Positions 42,635 through 53,097 are shown, counted from the first letter of the stretch. The stretch: DNA of 64,000 nt from an uncultured Deinococcaceae bacterium (GCA_964252075.1 CAXULY010000013.1:1-64000), one strand, 5' to 3'. A program made the numbers and translations. The notes: generated by a model from the letters alone, not told the origin.

Positions 42635-44033
42635 GGCCCTGATGGTGCAGGGCTGCACCAGCCACGCGGGCAAGAGTTACCTCGTCGCGGCGCTGTGCCG
42701 CGCCCTCGCGAACGAGGGGGTGCGCGTCGCGCCCTTCAAGGCGCAGAACATGAGCAACAACGCGGGCGTCACCGAAAACGGCCTGGAGATGGGCCGCGCG
42801 CAGATCGTGCAGGCGCAGGCCGCGCGCCTGGAGGCGCACGTGGACATGAACCCCGTGCTGCTCAAGCCCGAGGCGGACACGCGCTCGCAGGTGGTGCTGC
42901 TGGGCCGCGCGAACGCGGCACTCACCGCTCTGCCCTGGCGGGAACGCAAGGCGCAGCTGTGGCCGCACGTGCAGGGCAGCCTGCACCGCCTCATGGACGC
43001 GCACGACGTGGTGGTGATCGAGGGCGCGGGCAGTCCTGCCGAGGTGAACCTGCGGTCGAGTGACATCGTGAACATGCGCGTGGCGCTTGAGGTGCAGGCG
43101 TCCGTGCTGCTCGCCGCGGACATTGACCGCGGCGGGGCCTTCGCGCACCTGCTCGGCACGTGGCACTGCCTCGCGCCGGATGAGCGCGCGCTGCTGCGCG
43201 GCTTCATCCTGAACCGCTTCCGGGGCGACGCGCGCCTGCTCGCCCCGGCGCCCGAGTGGCTGGAGGGGCAGACGGGCGTCCCGACGGTCGGGGTGGTGCC
43301 GTGGCTGGACATCCCGCTGCCCGAGGAGGACGGCGTGGCGCTGGAGGGACCGCGGGGCGTGACGCCGGGGGGTTTCGTGGCGATCGCGCGCCTGCCGCGC
43401 GTGAGTAACCTCGACGAGTTCGCGCCGCTCGGGGACCTCGCGCGCTGGGTGAGCGCGCCCGCCGAACTCGCGGGCGCGCGCGCCATCATCGTGCCGGGCA
43501 GCAAGAGCACCGCCGCGGACCTCGCGTGGCTGCGCGCGAGTGGCCTCGCGGGGGCCATCGCGCGCGCCGCGGCCTCCGGCACCCCGGTGCTCGGCGTGTG
43601 CGGGGGCCTGCAGATGCTCGGGCGGAGCATCCACGACCCGGCGGGCGTGGAGGGGCCTGTCTTGGCGCCCGGCCTGGGCCTGCTGGACCTCACCACGACC
43701 TTCGCGACGGAGAAAGCCACGCGCCGCGCGCGGTTCCGCGACCCCGAGACGCACACGACCGTCACGGGCTACGAGATTCACCACGGCCGCACGGAGGCCG
43801 GGCCGGACGTGCTGACCCTGGCGCCGGACCTGCTGTGGCGGCAGGGCAACGTGCGCGGCACGTACCTGCACGGCCTGCTGGAGAACCCCGCGTACCTGGA
43901 GGCCTTCCTGCGCTGGGCGGACCTCCCCACGCCCGCCGGGCTGAGCAGCCTCGACGCGCGCCTCGACGCCCTGGCGGAAGGGGTGCGCGCGGCGCTCGAC
44001 TGGAACTTCATTCAGGGTCTGGTGACGCCGTGA
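42627..44033 (+). CDS. cobQ: Cobyric acid synthase
   Basis: QGCTSHAGKS, PFKAQNMS, EGAGSPAE, CGGLQMLG, GTYLHG. Confidence 0.93.
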   Translation: MARALMVQGCTSHAGKSYLVAALCRALANEGVRVAPFKAQNMSNNAGVTENGLEMGRAQIVQAQAARLEAHVDMNPVLLKPEADTRSQVVLLGRANAALTALPWRERKAQLWPHVQGSLHRLMDAHDVVVIEGAGSPAEVNLRSSDIVNMRVALEVQASVLLAADIDRGGAFAHLLGTWHCLAPDERALLRGFILNRFRGDARLLAPAPEWLEGQTGVPTVGVVPWLDIPLPEEDGVALEGPRGVTPGGFVAIARLPRVSNLDEFAPLGDLARWVSAPAELAGARAIIVPGSKSTAADLAWLRASGLAGAIARAAASGTPVLGVCGGLQMLGRSIHDPAGVEGPVLAPGLGLLDLTTTFATEKATRRARFRDPETHTTVTGYEIHHGRTEAGPDVLTLAPDLLWRQGNVRGTYLHGLLENPAYLEAFLRWADLPTPAGLSSLDARLDALAEGVRAALDWNFIQGLVTP

Positions 44034-44052
44034 GCCCTATGCTGCCTCAGCC

Positions 44053-44406
44053 ATGACGACGCGCGGCCCGAAGTACTTCCGCACCAGCAGCCACCTGCTG
44101 GTCTGCCAGAACGGCAGCTGCAAGGCGCGCGGCGCGGACCTGCTGTACCAAGCGCTCTGGAAGGCCCTGGAGCGCGAGTCGCTGATGTACTACAAGTCGG
44201 GCGGCAGCGTGCGCCTCACCGCGAGCGGCTGCCTTGGCGCGTGCAGTTACGGCCCCACCCTGTGCGTGTACCGCGAACGCGCGGGCGCGCTGGAGGAAGG
44301 CTGGTACGCCGCCGTGGACGTCCCGCTCGCGCTGCAGATCGCGCGCGCCGCGCACGCGGGCGCGGACCTGCCCGAGGAGCGCCGCTACGGCCCCCACCGT
44401 GACTGA
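44053..44406 (+). CDS. Thioredoxin-like [2Fe-2S] ferredoxin
   Basis: VCQNGSC...CLGAC..GP...WY. Confidence 0.8.
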   Translation: MTTRGPKYFRTSSHLLVCQNGSCKARGADLLYQALWKALERESLMYYKSGGSVRLTASGCLGACSYGPTLCVYRERAGALEEGWYAAVDVPLALQIARAAHAGADLPEERRYGPHRD

Positions 44407-44947
44407 GGCGGACGTCCGGCGCGCGGCGCTCGCCGTGCCCGCGAACCGCGCGATTCTGGAGCGCCTCGCGGATCTGCGCGCGCCGCAGGCCATGCTGACC
44501 GCCGGGTGCCTCTTCCAGCCCGTCTGGAACGCCCGCTGCGGCCTCCCGCCAGACCACGGCATCCGTGACCACGACGTCTTCTACTGGGACGCGGACACCA
44601 GCGAGGCCGCCGAGGACCGGGTGATTCAGCGCGCCGCGCGGCTCTTCGCGGACCTCGGCGTGACGGTGGAGGTGCGCAACCAGGCGCGCGTGCACCTGTG
44701 GTACGCGGCGCACTTCGGCGCGCCGTGCCCGCCCCTGCCGAGCGCGCGGGCGGGCGTGGACCGCTTCCTGATCCTCGCGACGTGCGTGGGCATCGAGGCG
44801 GGCGGGGCGCTGTACGCCCCGTACGGCCTCGCGGACCTCGCGGCGGGCGTGCTGCGCCCCAACCCCGCGAACGACCAGCCCGCGCTGTTCGCCGCGAAGG
44901 CCGCGAGTTACCGCGAGCGCTGGCCCTGGCTGACCGTCGCGTCCTGA
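44399..44947 (+). CDS. DUF925-type putative nucleotidyltransferase
   Basis: AGC..Q.VWN, GIRDHDVFYWD, NQARVHLWY, APYGL.DL, RWP. Confidence 0.78.
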   Translation: MTEADVRRAALAVPANRAILERLADLRAPQAMLTAGCLFQPVWNARCGLPPDHGIRDHDVFYWDADTSEAAEDRVIQRAARLFADLGVTVEVRNQARVHLWYAAHFGAPCPPLPSARAGVDRFLILATCVGIEAGGALYAPYGLADLAAGVLRPNPANDQPALFAAKAASYRERWPWLTVAS

Positions 44948-45819
44948 GCGCGCCGACCCCACAGGCGACCCCCGAACACGTGCAGGCCCAGGCCCGCGAA
45001 GATCAGCAGCGCCGCGAGGAGCTTCACCGCCCCGAACTCCTCGTGCAGCAGCAGCACGCTCGCCAGCATTCCGAACACCGGCACCAGCAGCGACAGCGGC
45101 GCCACCCGCACCGCGCCGTGCCGCTGGATGAGCACGCTCCAGATACCGAAGCCGAACACGGTGTTCAGGTACGCCATGAACGCCACCGCCCCCCAGAAGC
45201 CCGGCCCGCCCGCCGTGAGGGCGTGCCAGACGTTCCCCCAGCCCTCCGTGACGCCCGCCAGCAGCGTGAGCGGCAGGGGCGGCACGAGCGCCGACCACAC
45301 CACCAGGGACAGCGCGTTCGTGCTGCCCGCCGCGCGCACCATCAGGTTGCTGGCCGCCCAGCCCAGCGCCGCGAGCAGCACCAGCGTGAGGCCGATGGCG
45401 CTCGCGTGGTGCGCGCCCACCAGCCCGATGAAGGCCATGCCCAGGAAGGCCAGCAGCATGCCCACAAGCTGGTTCGGCAGCAGCCGCTCGCGCAGCAGCG
45501 CCGCGCTCAGCAGCGCCGTGAAGAACGCCTGCGTCTGCATGAGCAGCGACGCGAGGCCCGCGCTGAGGCCCAGCTGCACCGCGAGGTACAGCAGCCCGAA
45601 CTGCACCACGCCCACCGTCAGGCCGTACCCGAGCAGCAGCCTGAGGGGCACGCGCGGGCGCGGCACCAGGAACACGGCGGGCACCGCCGCGAGCGCGAAG
45701 CGCAGCGCCGCCACGAACAGCGGCGGCGCGCCCCGCACGCTCAGCTCGATCACCACGAAGTTCGCGCCCCAGATGAAGGTGATCAGCAGGGCCAGCAGGA
45801 GGCTGCGCGCGGGAATCAA
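44908..45819 (-). CDS. EamA/DMT family exporter
   Basis: IWGANFVVI, ALRF, SLLVPVFG; TTG start overlapping upstream TGA. Confidence 0.85.
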   Translation of the reverse strand: MIPARSLLLALLITFIWGANFVVIELSVRGAPPLFVAALRFALAAVPAVFLVPRPRVPLRLLLGYGLTVGVVQFGLLYLAVQLGLSAGLASLLMQTQAFFTALLSAALLRERLLPNQLVGMLLAFLGMAFIGLVGAHHASAIGLTLVLLAALGWAASNLMVRAAGSTNALSLVVWSALVPPLPLTLLAGVTEGWGNVWHALTAGGPGFWGAVAFMAYLNTVFGFGIWSVLIQRHGAVRVAPLSLLVPVFGMLASVLLLHEEFGAVKLLAALLIFAGLGLHVFGGRLWGRRAQDATVSQGQRSR

Positions 45820-47336
45820 GACGGTGTGAGCCCGTACAGCGCGCCGTACTTCGCGCGCAGGTACGCCAGGTACGGCTCGACGCTCATGGCCTGCCCCGTC
45901 GCGTGGCGCACCAGCTCGTCCGGCGTGCGGGCGCGCCCGAAGCGGTACACGTGCTCCCGCAGCCACCCCAGCAGCGCCGAGAACTCCCCCCGCCCGATCT
46001 GCTCGGGGAGGTCCGGGTGCGCGCGGCACGCCGCGTCGAAGAACTGCGCGCTCAGCACGTTCCCGATGGTGTAGCCCTGAAACGCGCCCGCCACCGGCCC
46101 GAAGTACCAGTGCACGTCCTGCAGCACGCCATCCGTGTGGTTGGGCGCGCGCAGGCCCAGGTTCTGCTCGTACGCGGCGTGCCACGCGTCCGCGAGGTCG
46201 GGCACGGCGAGGCGGCCCTCCAGCAGCTCCACCTCCAGCTCGAAGCGCGTGATGACGTGCAGGTTGTACGTGAGTTCGTCCGCGTCCGTGCGGATGAGGC
46301 TGCGGCGCACCTCGTTCACGCTGCGGTAGAACTCCTCCACCGTCACGTCCGCGAGCTGCTCCGGGAAGGCCGCCTGCAACCGCGGGAAGTAATGCTGCCA
46401 GAACGGCAGCGAGCGCCCCACGATGTTCTCCCACAGGCGCGACTGGCTCTCGTGCACGCCCGCGCTCGCCCCGCCGTCCAGCGGCGTGCCCGCCAGTTCG
46501 GGCGCGGTGCCCTGCTCGTACAGCGCGTGGCCCGTCTCGTGCAGGGTCGAGAACAGCGCCTCGGTCAGGTCGCGCTCCTTCACGCGCGTCGTGATGCGCA
46601 CGTCGTCATGCCCGAGGCGCGTCATGAACGGGTGGTGCGTGAGGTCCTGTCGCCCGCGCGTGAAGTCGTACCCGTAATCGCGCGCGACCGCCTCGCCGAA
46701 CGCCAGCTGCTCCTGCGCCGGGTACGGGCGGCGCAGAAAGTCCGTGCGCGGCTCCGGCGCGCCCGTCACCTGCGTCACGAGCGGCACCAGCGCGTCGCGC
46801 AGCTGCGTGAACACCTCGCGCACCTGCGCGCCCGTGAGGCCCTCGTCGGACTCATCCACGAAGAAATCCATGGGCTGCGCGAACTCCGGGTGGTAGCCCG
46901 CCAGCTGCCGCGTGAGGTCCAGCGTGCGCTCCAGGCGCGGCACCATGCCCGCGAAGTCATTCGCGGGCCGCGCGCGCGTCCAGGCGTCGTAGGTTTCCCC
47001 CACGTGCTGCGAGAACTGCGCCACGAACGACGCGGGCAGGCGCGTCGCGCGCTCGAAGTCCCGGCGCGCCACGTGCAGCAGCCGCGCGTCCACGCCGTCC
47101 GGGTCGAGGTCCGCGCGTTCGGGCTCCAGGCTGTCCAGCAGCCGCCCCAGCTCCGGGTCGGTGGCCTGCGCGTGCGCGAGGCGCGCCAGCAGCGCCTGCT
47201 GGCGCGCGCGCCCGGCGCCCGCCGCCTCCGGCTGGTAGGTGCTCTGGTCCCAGCCCAGCAGCGACCCGATGGCGCCCAGGTCGTTCAGGTCCTGCAGCCG
47301 CGCGCGCAGCGCGGCCAGTCGGCTCTCGAAAGTCAT
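45816..47336 (-). CDS. Carboxypeptidase Taq (M32)
   Basis: HPF, DVRITTR, HETGH, HESQS, GVLQDVHW. Confidence 0.92.
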   Translation of the reverse strand: MTFESRLAALRARLQDLNDLGAIGSLLGWDQSTYQPEAAGAGRARQQALLARLAHAQATDPELGRLLDSLEPERADLDPDGVDARLLHVARRDFERATRLPASFVAQFSQHVGETYDAWTRARPANDFAGMVPRLERTLDLTRQLAGYHPEFAQPMDFFVDESDEGLTGAQVREVFTQLRDALVPLVTQVTGAPEPRTDFLRRPYPAQEQLAFGEAVARDYGYDFTRGRQDLTHHPFMTRLGHDDVRITTRVKERDLTEALFSTLHETGHALYEQGTAPELAGTPLDGGASAGVHESQSRLWENIVGRSLPFWQHYFPRLQAAFPEQLADVTVEEFYRSVNEVRRSLIRTDADELTYNLHVITRFELEVELLEGRLAVPDLADAWHAAYEQNLGLRAPNHTDGVLQDVHWYFGPVAGAFQGYTIGNVLSAQFFDAACRAHPDLPEQIGRGEFSALLGWLREHVYRFGRARTPDELVRHATGQAMSVEPYLAYLRAKYGALYGLTPS

Positions 47337-47387
47337 GCCCCAACCTAACAGGGCTGGGGCACGCGCGCCTACCGTGATTGGCTCAGG

Positions 47388-47903
47388 TCAGGGGTTCGCG
47401 GGGTAATTCAGGTCGTAGCCGCTGAAGGTGTCGTTGCTGGCCGCGCCGCTGGGCGTCACGGTGCCGTCCGCCTTGTTGAACACCGACCAGCCCGCCCCGA
47501 AGGTCTTGCCGAAGACCGTGAAGGCCTGGTTGGAGTACACGAGGTACTTGCCGTTGTCGTCGCTGACGGTCTCGCCCAGCTGGTAGCTGCCGTCCGCGGC
47601 GTTGCCGTTCGAGCCGTCCACGTACGCGATGATGCGGTAGAGGCCCTGGTCGGCGGTCTTGGGCAGGTCGTAGGTGAAGCCGTCCGTGATGTTGGTGTCC
47701 ACGATCTGCGCCTGGCTGCCGTTGCCGTACGCGCCCTGCTCGTTCACGCCGATCAGCGCGATCTTGGTGGTGCCGTTCGGCCAGTTGCCGTTCAGTTTGC
47801 CGCTCACGTCCGGGCCGCTCTGCGGGCCGCCCAGCAGGCCTCCGCTGCACGCGGTGAGGGAGAGCGCGCCAATCAGGCCGAGGCCGAGGATTCTGGTGTG
47901 CAT
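47388..47903 (-). CDS. Hypothetical lipoprotein
   Basis: Lipobox LTAC; GGAGG RBS. Confidence 0.75.
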   Translation of the reverse strand: MHTRILGLGLIGALSLTACSGGLLGGPQSGPDVSGKLNGNWPNGTTKIALIGVNEQGAYGNGSQAQIVDTNITDGFTYDLPKTADQGLYRIIAYVDGSNGNAADGSYQLGETVSDDNGKYLVYSNQAFTVFGKTFGAGWSVFNKADGTVTPSGAASNDTFSGYDLNYPANP

Positions 47904-48091
47904 GTGGTGCCTCCGTTCGAGGCTCAGCTTAGGTGCGGTGGATTCTCACGCTCTAGCGCGCAAGCCTTGCCGCTGCTATCAGCGCGCGTTCACGCCGAAC
48001 CTGATCCTCTAAGAAGACCACGGGCTGGCTGACCGCGCGTCCATTTCTGACCTCTGCCGTCAGCTTCGCGCAATCCGGTATTGTCGCTGCC

Positions 48092-48892
48092 ATGATCCTC
48101 CTTACCGAGCGGCGCGGCCCCGTGACCGTGCTGCGCCTGAACCGCCCCGAGGCCAGGAACGCCCTCTCCGCCGAACTCATCGCCGCGCTGCGGGAAGCGC
48201 TGCGCGACCTGGAACGGGACGACGCGACGCGCGCGCTGGTCCTGACGGGCGAGGGGAAGCTCTTCTCGGCGGGCGCGGACCTGAAGGCCCTGAACGCGCT
48301 GGCGACGGCGTCCAGCGAGGAGAACCGCGCGGACAGCCAGGCGCTCGCGGACCTGCTGCACGCCCTGTACACCTTCCCGAAACCCGTGATCGCGGCTGTG
48401 GAGGGCGCGGCCATCGCGGGCGGCGCGGGCCTCGCGAGCGCCTGCGACCTCACGGTGGCGGGTGAGGGCGCGAAGTTCGGGTACACCGAGGTGCGCCTGG
48501 GGTTCGTCGCGGCGATCGTGGGGGTGTTCCTGCTGCGGCAGGCGGGCGAGAAGCACGCGCGTGAACTGCTGCTGTCCGGGAAGCTGGTCTCCGCGTCGGA
48601 GGCGCACCGCATGGGCCTCGTGAACGAGGTGGTGCCGGACGGTCAGGCGCTCTCGCGGGCGCTGGAGGTGGCGTTGGAACTCGTGCAGAACAGCGGGACG
48701 GCCCTCGCGACCACCAAGGACCTGCTGGCGCACCTGCCCGGCATGGGCCTCGCGGAGGCGTTGCGGCACGCGGTGAGCGTGAACGCCTGGACGCGCACCA
48801 CGGCGGACCTCAAGGAGGGCGTGCGGGCGTTCCTGGAGAAGCGCGAGCCGAACTGGCGGCGACCCACCCCTGAGGACGGGCCGCAGGAATAA
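48092..48892 (+). CDS. Enoyl-CoA hydratase/isomerase (crotonase)
   Basis: LNRPEARNAL, FSAGADL, AIAGGAGL, EGVRAFLEKR. Confidence 0.9.
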   Translation: MILLTERRGPVTVLRLNRPEARNALSAELIAALREALRDLERDDATRALVLTGEGKLFSAGADLKALNALATASSEENRADSQALADLLHALYTFPKPVIAAVEGAAIAGGAGLASACDLTVAGEGAKFGYTEVRLGFVAAIVGVFLLRQAGEKHARELLLSGKLVSASEAHRMGLVNEVVPDGQALSRALEVALELVQNSGTALATTKDLLAHLPGMGLAEALRHAVSVNAWTRTTADLKEGVRAFLEKREPNWRRPTPEDGPQE

Positions 48893-48936
48893 AGCCGCGG
48901 GGGGCCAGTCACGCTGGCCCCCCGCGTGCCCGTTCG

Positions 48937-49806
48937 TCAGCGCGTTTCGAGCGTGAGCTGCATCTGCCCGACGGTGCGGTCCGACGCGGACGCGAGGCAA
49001 TCGAACACCGTGCGCGCCCCCTCCCGGCCCTGCGCCTCCACCTCGAAGGTGGCGGACTCGCCCGCCCAGCAGAAGTCGCGGGCGTCCACCTGCGCCTGCG
49101 CCACGTGGAACGCCTGCCCCTCACCGAGGGCGCGCCCCGCGAGCTGCGAGAGCTGACCCATCAGGATCGCGACGGGCATGGCCGGGTAGCGGTCGAAGTG
49201 CCCGGCGCAGGCCTCCTGCGGCACCTCTCTGATGGTGCGCGTCCAGCGGTCGCCGCGCTGCACGATGTCCCCCAGCGGGAGGGCGGGCATGCTGGGGTAC
49301 GTGAAGGCCCCGAAGCCCGGCTGCTGGCGCGACCGGAAGAGCCGCGAGAAGGCGCTGTCCGTCAGGATGGTGTAGAGCACCTCCACCACCGCAAGGGGCT
49401 GCCCGTCCGCGAGGGCGTGGATGCGGGCGGTCGCCTCGCGCTTGCTGAGGCTCAGCAGCTCCGCACGCAGGGTGACGGTCGCGCCGTACGGCGCGGGGTT
49501 CGGGACGCCATGGTAGGTGGCTTTCTGCGCGAGGTAGTACCGGCGCTGGTCGTCCGTCTGGGCGAGCGCGGCCACGCACAGGCCCGCGATGGCGGCGTGG
49601 CGGCTCAGCTCGGCGCCCTGCATGGGGCCGCACTCGGCGCCGCGCGGCAGTTCGGCGCTGGCGGTGGCGGTGAGGAGGCCATCATCGGCGTGCAGGTCGC
49701 GCAGGGCGAAGTACGGGGGGCGGACGCAAATCCGCTGCAGCAGAACCTCAGAGTTGATCTGGGTGCGGGGGTGACGGACGGCGCTGAAAGTGTCCCTTAA
49801 CAGCAT
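48937..49806 (-). CDS. Putative double hotdog-fold protein
   Basis: RPPYFAL and GHFDRYPAMP resemble FabZ/FabA motifs; two beta-rich halves. Confidence 0.55.
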   Translation of the reverse strand: MLLRDTFSAVRHPRTQINSEVLLQRICVRPPYFALRDLHADDGLLTATASAELPRGAECGPMQGAELSRHAAIAGLCVAALAQTDDQRRYYLAQKATYHGVPNPAPYGATVTLRAELLSLSKREATARIHALADGQPLAVVEVLYTILTDSAFSRLFRSRQQPGFGAFTYPSMPALPLGDIVQRGDRWTRTIREVPQEACAGHFDRYPAMPVAILMGQLSQLAGRALGEGQAFHVAQAQVDARDFCWAGESATFEVEAQGREGARTVFDCLASASDRTVGQMQLTLETR

Positions 49807-49964
49807 TGATCCTCCATGACGGCCCGAACGGGGCTGGCCCATGGTAGAGGAGCTTCTCCCAGCAAAATGAGAAGTGGAACATTTTCATGAAGGCAGGCGG
49901 ACCCGGCCTTTATGTGCTAACGCATAGACGCCCTGCGGGAAGTGTGCTCGGCACAGGGCCAAGT

Positions 49965-51899
49965 TCAGTTGAGGGCCGTGTAGTCGGTCTTCGCGTCCGC
50001 CCGCCCGGTGCGGCGCAGGAGCGTCGTGAAGTCCTCCACCGGCAGCGGCTTCGAGAAGAAGAACCCCTGCCCGAGGTCGCAGCCCAGGCCCTTGATGGTG
50101 TCCAGCTGCGCGACCGTCTCGATGCCCTCGGCCACCACCTGCAGGTCCAGCGTCTGCGTGATGCCCACGATGGCCTCAATGAGCGCCAGCGCGTACTGCG
50201 GCGCCCGGCGCGGCGAGGAGAGGTCCGAAATGAAGGAGCGGTCGATCTTGATGCAGTTGATGGGCAGGTCCCGCAGGTACGACAGTGACGAGTACCCCGT
50301 CCCGAAATCATCGATGGCGATCCCCACACCCATGCGCTGCAACTCGCGCAGCGCGAGCTGCACGGTGTCCGGGTGGTGAATCAGGGCGCCCTCCGTGAGT
50401 TCCAGCTCCAGCGCGCTGGCGGGCAGGCCACTCGACATCAGGGCGTCCTTGACCTGCTGCACGAAGTCCTGGTGCGCGAACTGCAGCGGCGAGACGTTCA
50501 CGCTCAGCACCAGCGACTCGCCCGTCAGGTCGCGCCACGTGCGGGCCTGTGCGCAGGCGGTCCGCAGCACCCAGGTGCCCACCCGCGCGATCTGCCCGCT
50601 GGACTCTGCGATGGGAATGAAGGTGGTGGGCGACACCGCACCGAACTCCGGGTGCGTCCAGCGCAGCAGCGTCTCGGCCTTCACCAGCTGGCCGCTCCCG
50701 AGGTCGTAGATGGGCTGGTACACCACGCTCAGCTGGTCCCCCGCCAGCGCGAACTGGAATTCGCGCTCCAGCAGCTTGCGGCGCTCCAGCTGAGCGTCCA
50801 GCGCGTGGTCGAAGCGCCGCACGCCGTTCTTGCCGGTGGTCTTCACGTGGTACATCGCGGCGTCCGCGTGGCGCAGGACCGTCTCGGCGTCCTGCGCGTC
50901 CTCCGGGCAGGCGCTGATGCCGATGCTGGCGGTCAGCTGCACCATCTGCGCGCGCGCCATGTACGGCTGCGTGACGCTGTCCAGCACATGGTGCGCGAGG
51001 GCCAGCGCGCGCTCCGTGCCGGTGCCGTGCAGCACCAGCACGAACTCGTCACCGCTCATGCGGGCCGCGAGGTCCCCGTCTTTCAGGTACCGCTGCAGCC
51101 GCTCCGCGAAGTCGCGCAGCACCTCGTCACCCGCGCCGTGCCCGAGCGTGTCGTTGATCAGCTTGAAGCCGTCGATGTCGATGAACAGCAGCGAGAAGGG
51201 CTCGCCGCGCTCGATGGCGCCCTGCAGTTCGTGCTCCAGCTGCAAGCGGTTCGGGAGGCCCGTCAGGAGGTCCGTGAAGGCGAGGCGCTGCAGCGTCTCG
51301 GCTTTGCTCTGACTGCGCGCGAGGCGGTCCTTGTACCCGATGAACACGTTCGTGAGGGCCAGCAGCGTGAGGTTCGCGAGGTTCAGCTCGACCAGCGCGA
51401 AGAGCACGCCGGTCGTGCGCGGCGTGACGCGCTGGTCGAGGGCGTAGCCCACGCTGGAGAGCAGCACCCCCGCGAAGAACGCCAGCGAGATGCCGCGCGC
51501 CGCACGCAGGTTCGGCACGAACAGCGACAGCACGTACAGCGACGGAATCCAGAAGAAGGACTCGGTCATCTCCGCCTGCACGGACGCGCCCGCCGGCAGG
51601 AAGAACAGCACGTAAATCAGTTTGCTGAGGAAGAAGGCGCTGATGGCGGTCACCAGCGCCGTCACCACCTGCCCCGTCGCGCGCCGGAAGCGCCACAGCA
51701 GCACCTCCAGCACCACGACGCCCAGCGTGAGCAGCGGGTACGCCACCCGGTCGAAGGGCGTGGACTGCCTGCTCGGGCCGTCCAGCAGCAGGCCCGCGAA
51801 GAACGCCAGGCCCGCCGCGGGCATGGCGATGAGCAGCGTGCGGCGCCAGCCGTCCTCGGCGTGAGGGCGGTGGGCGGCGGCGGGCGGGACGCGGCTCAT
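49965..51899 (-). CDS. Membrane-anchored GGDEF-EAL protein
   Basis: N-terminal TM helices, DLLTGLPNR, SGDEF, ETL, DDFGTGYSSL. Confidence 0.92.
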   Translation of the reverse strand: MSRVPPAAAHRPHAEDGWRRTLLIAMPAAGLAFFAGLLLDGPSRQSTPFDRVAYPLLTLGVVVLEVLLWRFRRATGQVVTALVTAISAFFLSKLIYVLFFLPAGASVQAEMTESFFWIPSLYVLSLFVPNLRAARGISLAFFAGVLLSSVGYALDQRVTPRTTGVLFALVELNLANLTLLALTNVFIGYKDRLARSQSKAETLQRLAFTDLLTGLPNRLQLEHELQGAIERGEPFSLLFIDIDGFKLINDTLGHGAGDEVLRDFAERLQRYLKDGDLAARMSGDEFVLVLHGTGTERALALAHHVLDSVTQPYMARAQMVQLTASIGISACPEDAQDAETVLRHADAAMYHVKTTGKNGVRRFDHALDAQLERRKLLEREFQFALAGDQLSVVYQPIYDLGSGQLVKAETLLRWTHPEFGAVSPTTFIPIAESSGQIARVGTWVLRTACAQARTWRDLTGESLVLSVNVSPLQFAHQDFVQQVKDALMSSGLPASALELELTEGALIHHPDTVQLALRELQRMGVGIAIDDFGTGYSSLSYLRDLPINCIKIDRSFISDLSSPRRAPQYALALIEAIVGITQTLDLQVVAEGIETVAQLDTIKGLGCDLGQGFFFSKPLPVEDFTTLLRRTGRADAKTDYTALN

Positions 51900-52018
51900 C
51901 TCTGGGCCTTACGATACGGCGGCCTTCCTCTCGAAAACCTTACCTCGGCACTTGAGCTGCGCTTGAGGGACGCGTGACGCACCGCAGCGGTGTTTACACT
52001 GAAGCCACAGGAGGTCCG

Positions 52019-53083
52019 ATGAGCCCGTCCACCACGCGTGACACCCGCGACGACCTGATCCCTCACGAGGACCGCGGCGAAGTGCTGGAGACGCCGCAGG
52101 AGCAGCTCCGCACGCACGCACGCACGCCCGCCGCCCTGATGTTCGTGCGCAACAACAACCCGTACCCGCCCGGCGCGGACACCCTGCAGAGCGCGCCGGA
52201 CCTGGGCCCGCTGCGCATCGAGGGCCTCAGCGGCGGGCCGCTCAGCGTGGACCTCGCGGCGCTCGCCGCGCTGCCGCACGCGGAGGTGGAGGCCGTCATG
52301 CAGTGTGCGGGGAACGGCCGAGCCTTCTACCGGAACGCGGCGGACATTGAGGGCAGCGCGTGGCGGCGCGGCGGGGCGTTGAACGCCGTCTTCGGCGGCG
52401 TGCCGCTGCGGCAGCTGCTCGGTGGTCGCGCGCCGCTGCCGGACGCGCGGTACCTGACCGCCACCGGGCACGACGGCGGCTGCGGCTACGAGAAGAGCGT
52501 GCCGCTCGCGGACGCGCTGGCGTCCGCCCTGCTGGTGGACCGCCTGAACGGTGAGCCACTGTGCGGCGCGCACGGCGGGCCGCTGCGCCTGCTGATGCCC
52601 GGGTACTTCGGGACGGTGAACGTGAAGTGGCTGCGCCGCCTGCACTTCACGCCCGAGGAAACCCCCCACGAGGCGCAGCGGCAGCGCTACCGGGTGCCCA
52701 CCCCGGACGGCGACTCGCGGCCGTGCTGGCGCCAGCCCCTCAAGAGCCTGCTGCTCGCGCCCATCGAAGGTGAGGTGCTGCCCGCCGGGCCCGTCACGCT
52801 CTCCGGGGTGGCCTTCAACGACGGCGGGTGCCGCATCGCGCGCGTGGACGTCACGCCCGACGGCGGCGCCACGTGGTGGCCCACCGACCTCGAAGCGCCG
52901 CGCGGCCCCTACGCGTGGAGGCGCTGGCAGGTCACGCTGCCCCTCGCGCCCGGCGCGCACCGCTTCGGCGCGCGCGCCACCGACGCCGAGGGCCGCACGC
53001 AACCGCTGGACGGCAACGCCACCTGGAACCCCGAGGGCTACGAGTGGCAGGGCGTGGACTTCGTGCGCTTCGAGGTGCGCTGA
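52019..53083 (+). CDS. Sulfite oxidase-family molybdoenzyme
   Basis: FVRNN, QCAGNGR, HGGPLRL..PGYFG..NVKWL. Confidence 0.85.
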   Translation: MSPSTTRDTRDDLIPHEDRGEVLETPQEQLRTHARTPAALMFVRNNNPYPPGADTLQSAPDLGPLRIEGLSGGPLSVDLAALAALPHAEVEAVMQCAGNGRAFYRNAADIEGSAWRRGGALNAVFGGVPLRQLLGGRAPLPDARYLTATGHDGGCGYEKSVPLADALASALLVDRLNGEPLCGAHGGPLRLLMPGYFGTVNVKWLRRLHFTPEETPHEAQRQRYRVPTPDGDSRPCWRQPLKSLLLAPIEGEVLPAGPVTLSGVAFNDGGCRIARVDVTPDGGATWWPTDLEAPRGPYAWRRWQVTLPLAPGAHRFGARATDAEGRTQPLDGNATWNPEGYEWQGVDFVRFEVR

Positions 53084-53097
53084 GCCCCGCGCGGCGG

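Noticed and set aside
49910..49927. TTATGTGCTAACGCATAG as a third RDRM
   Set aside because: 18 bp rather than 17; arms are out of register with the consensus
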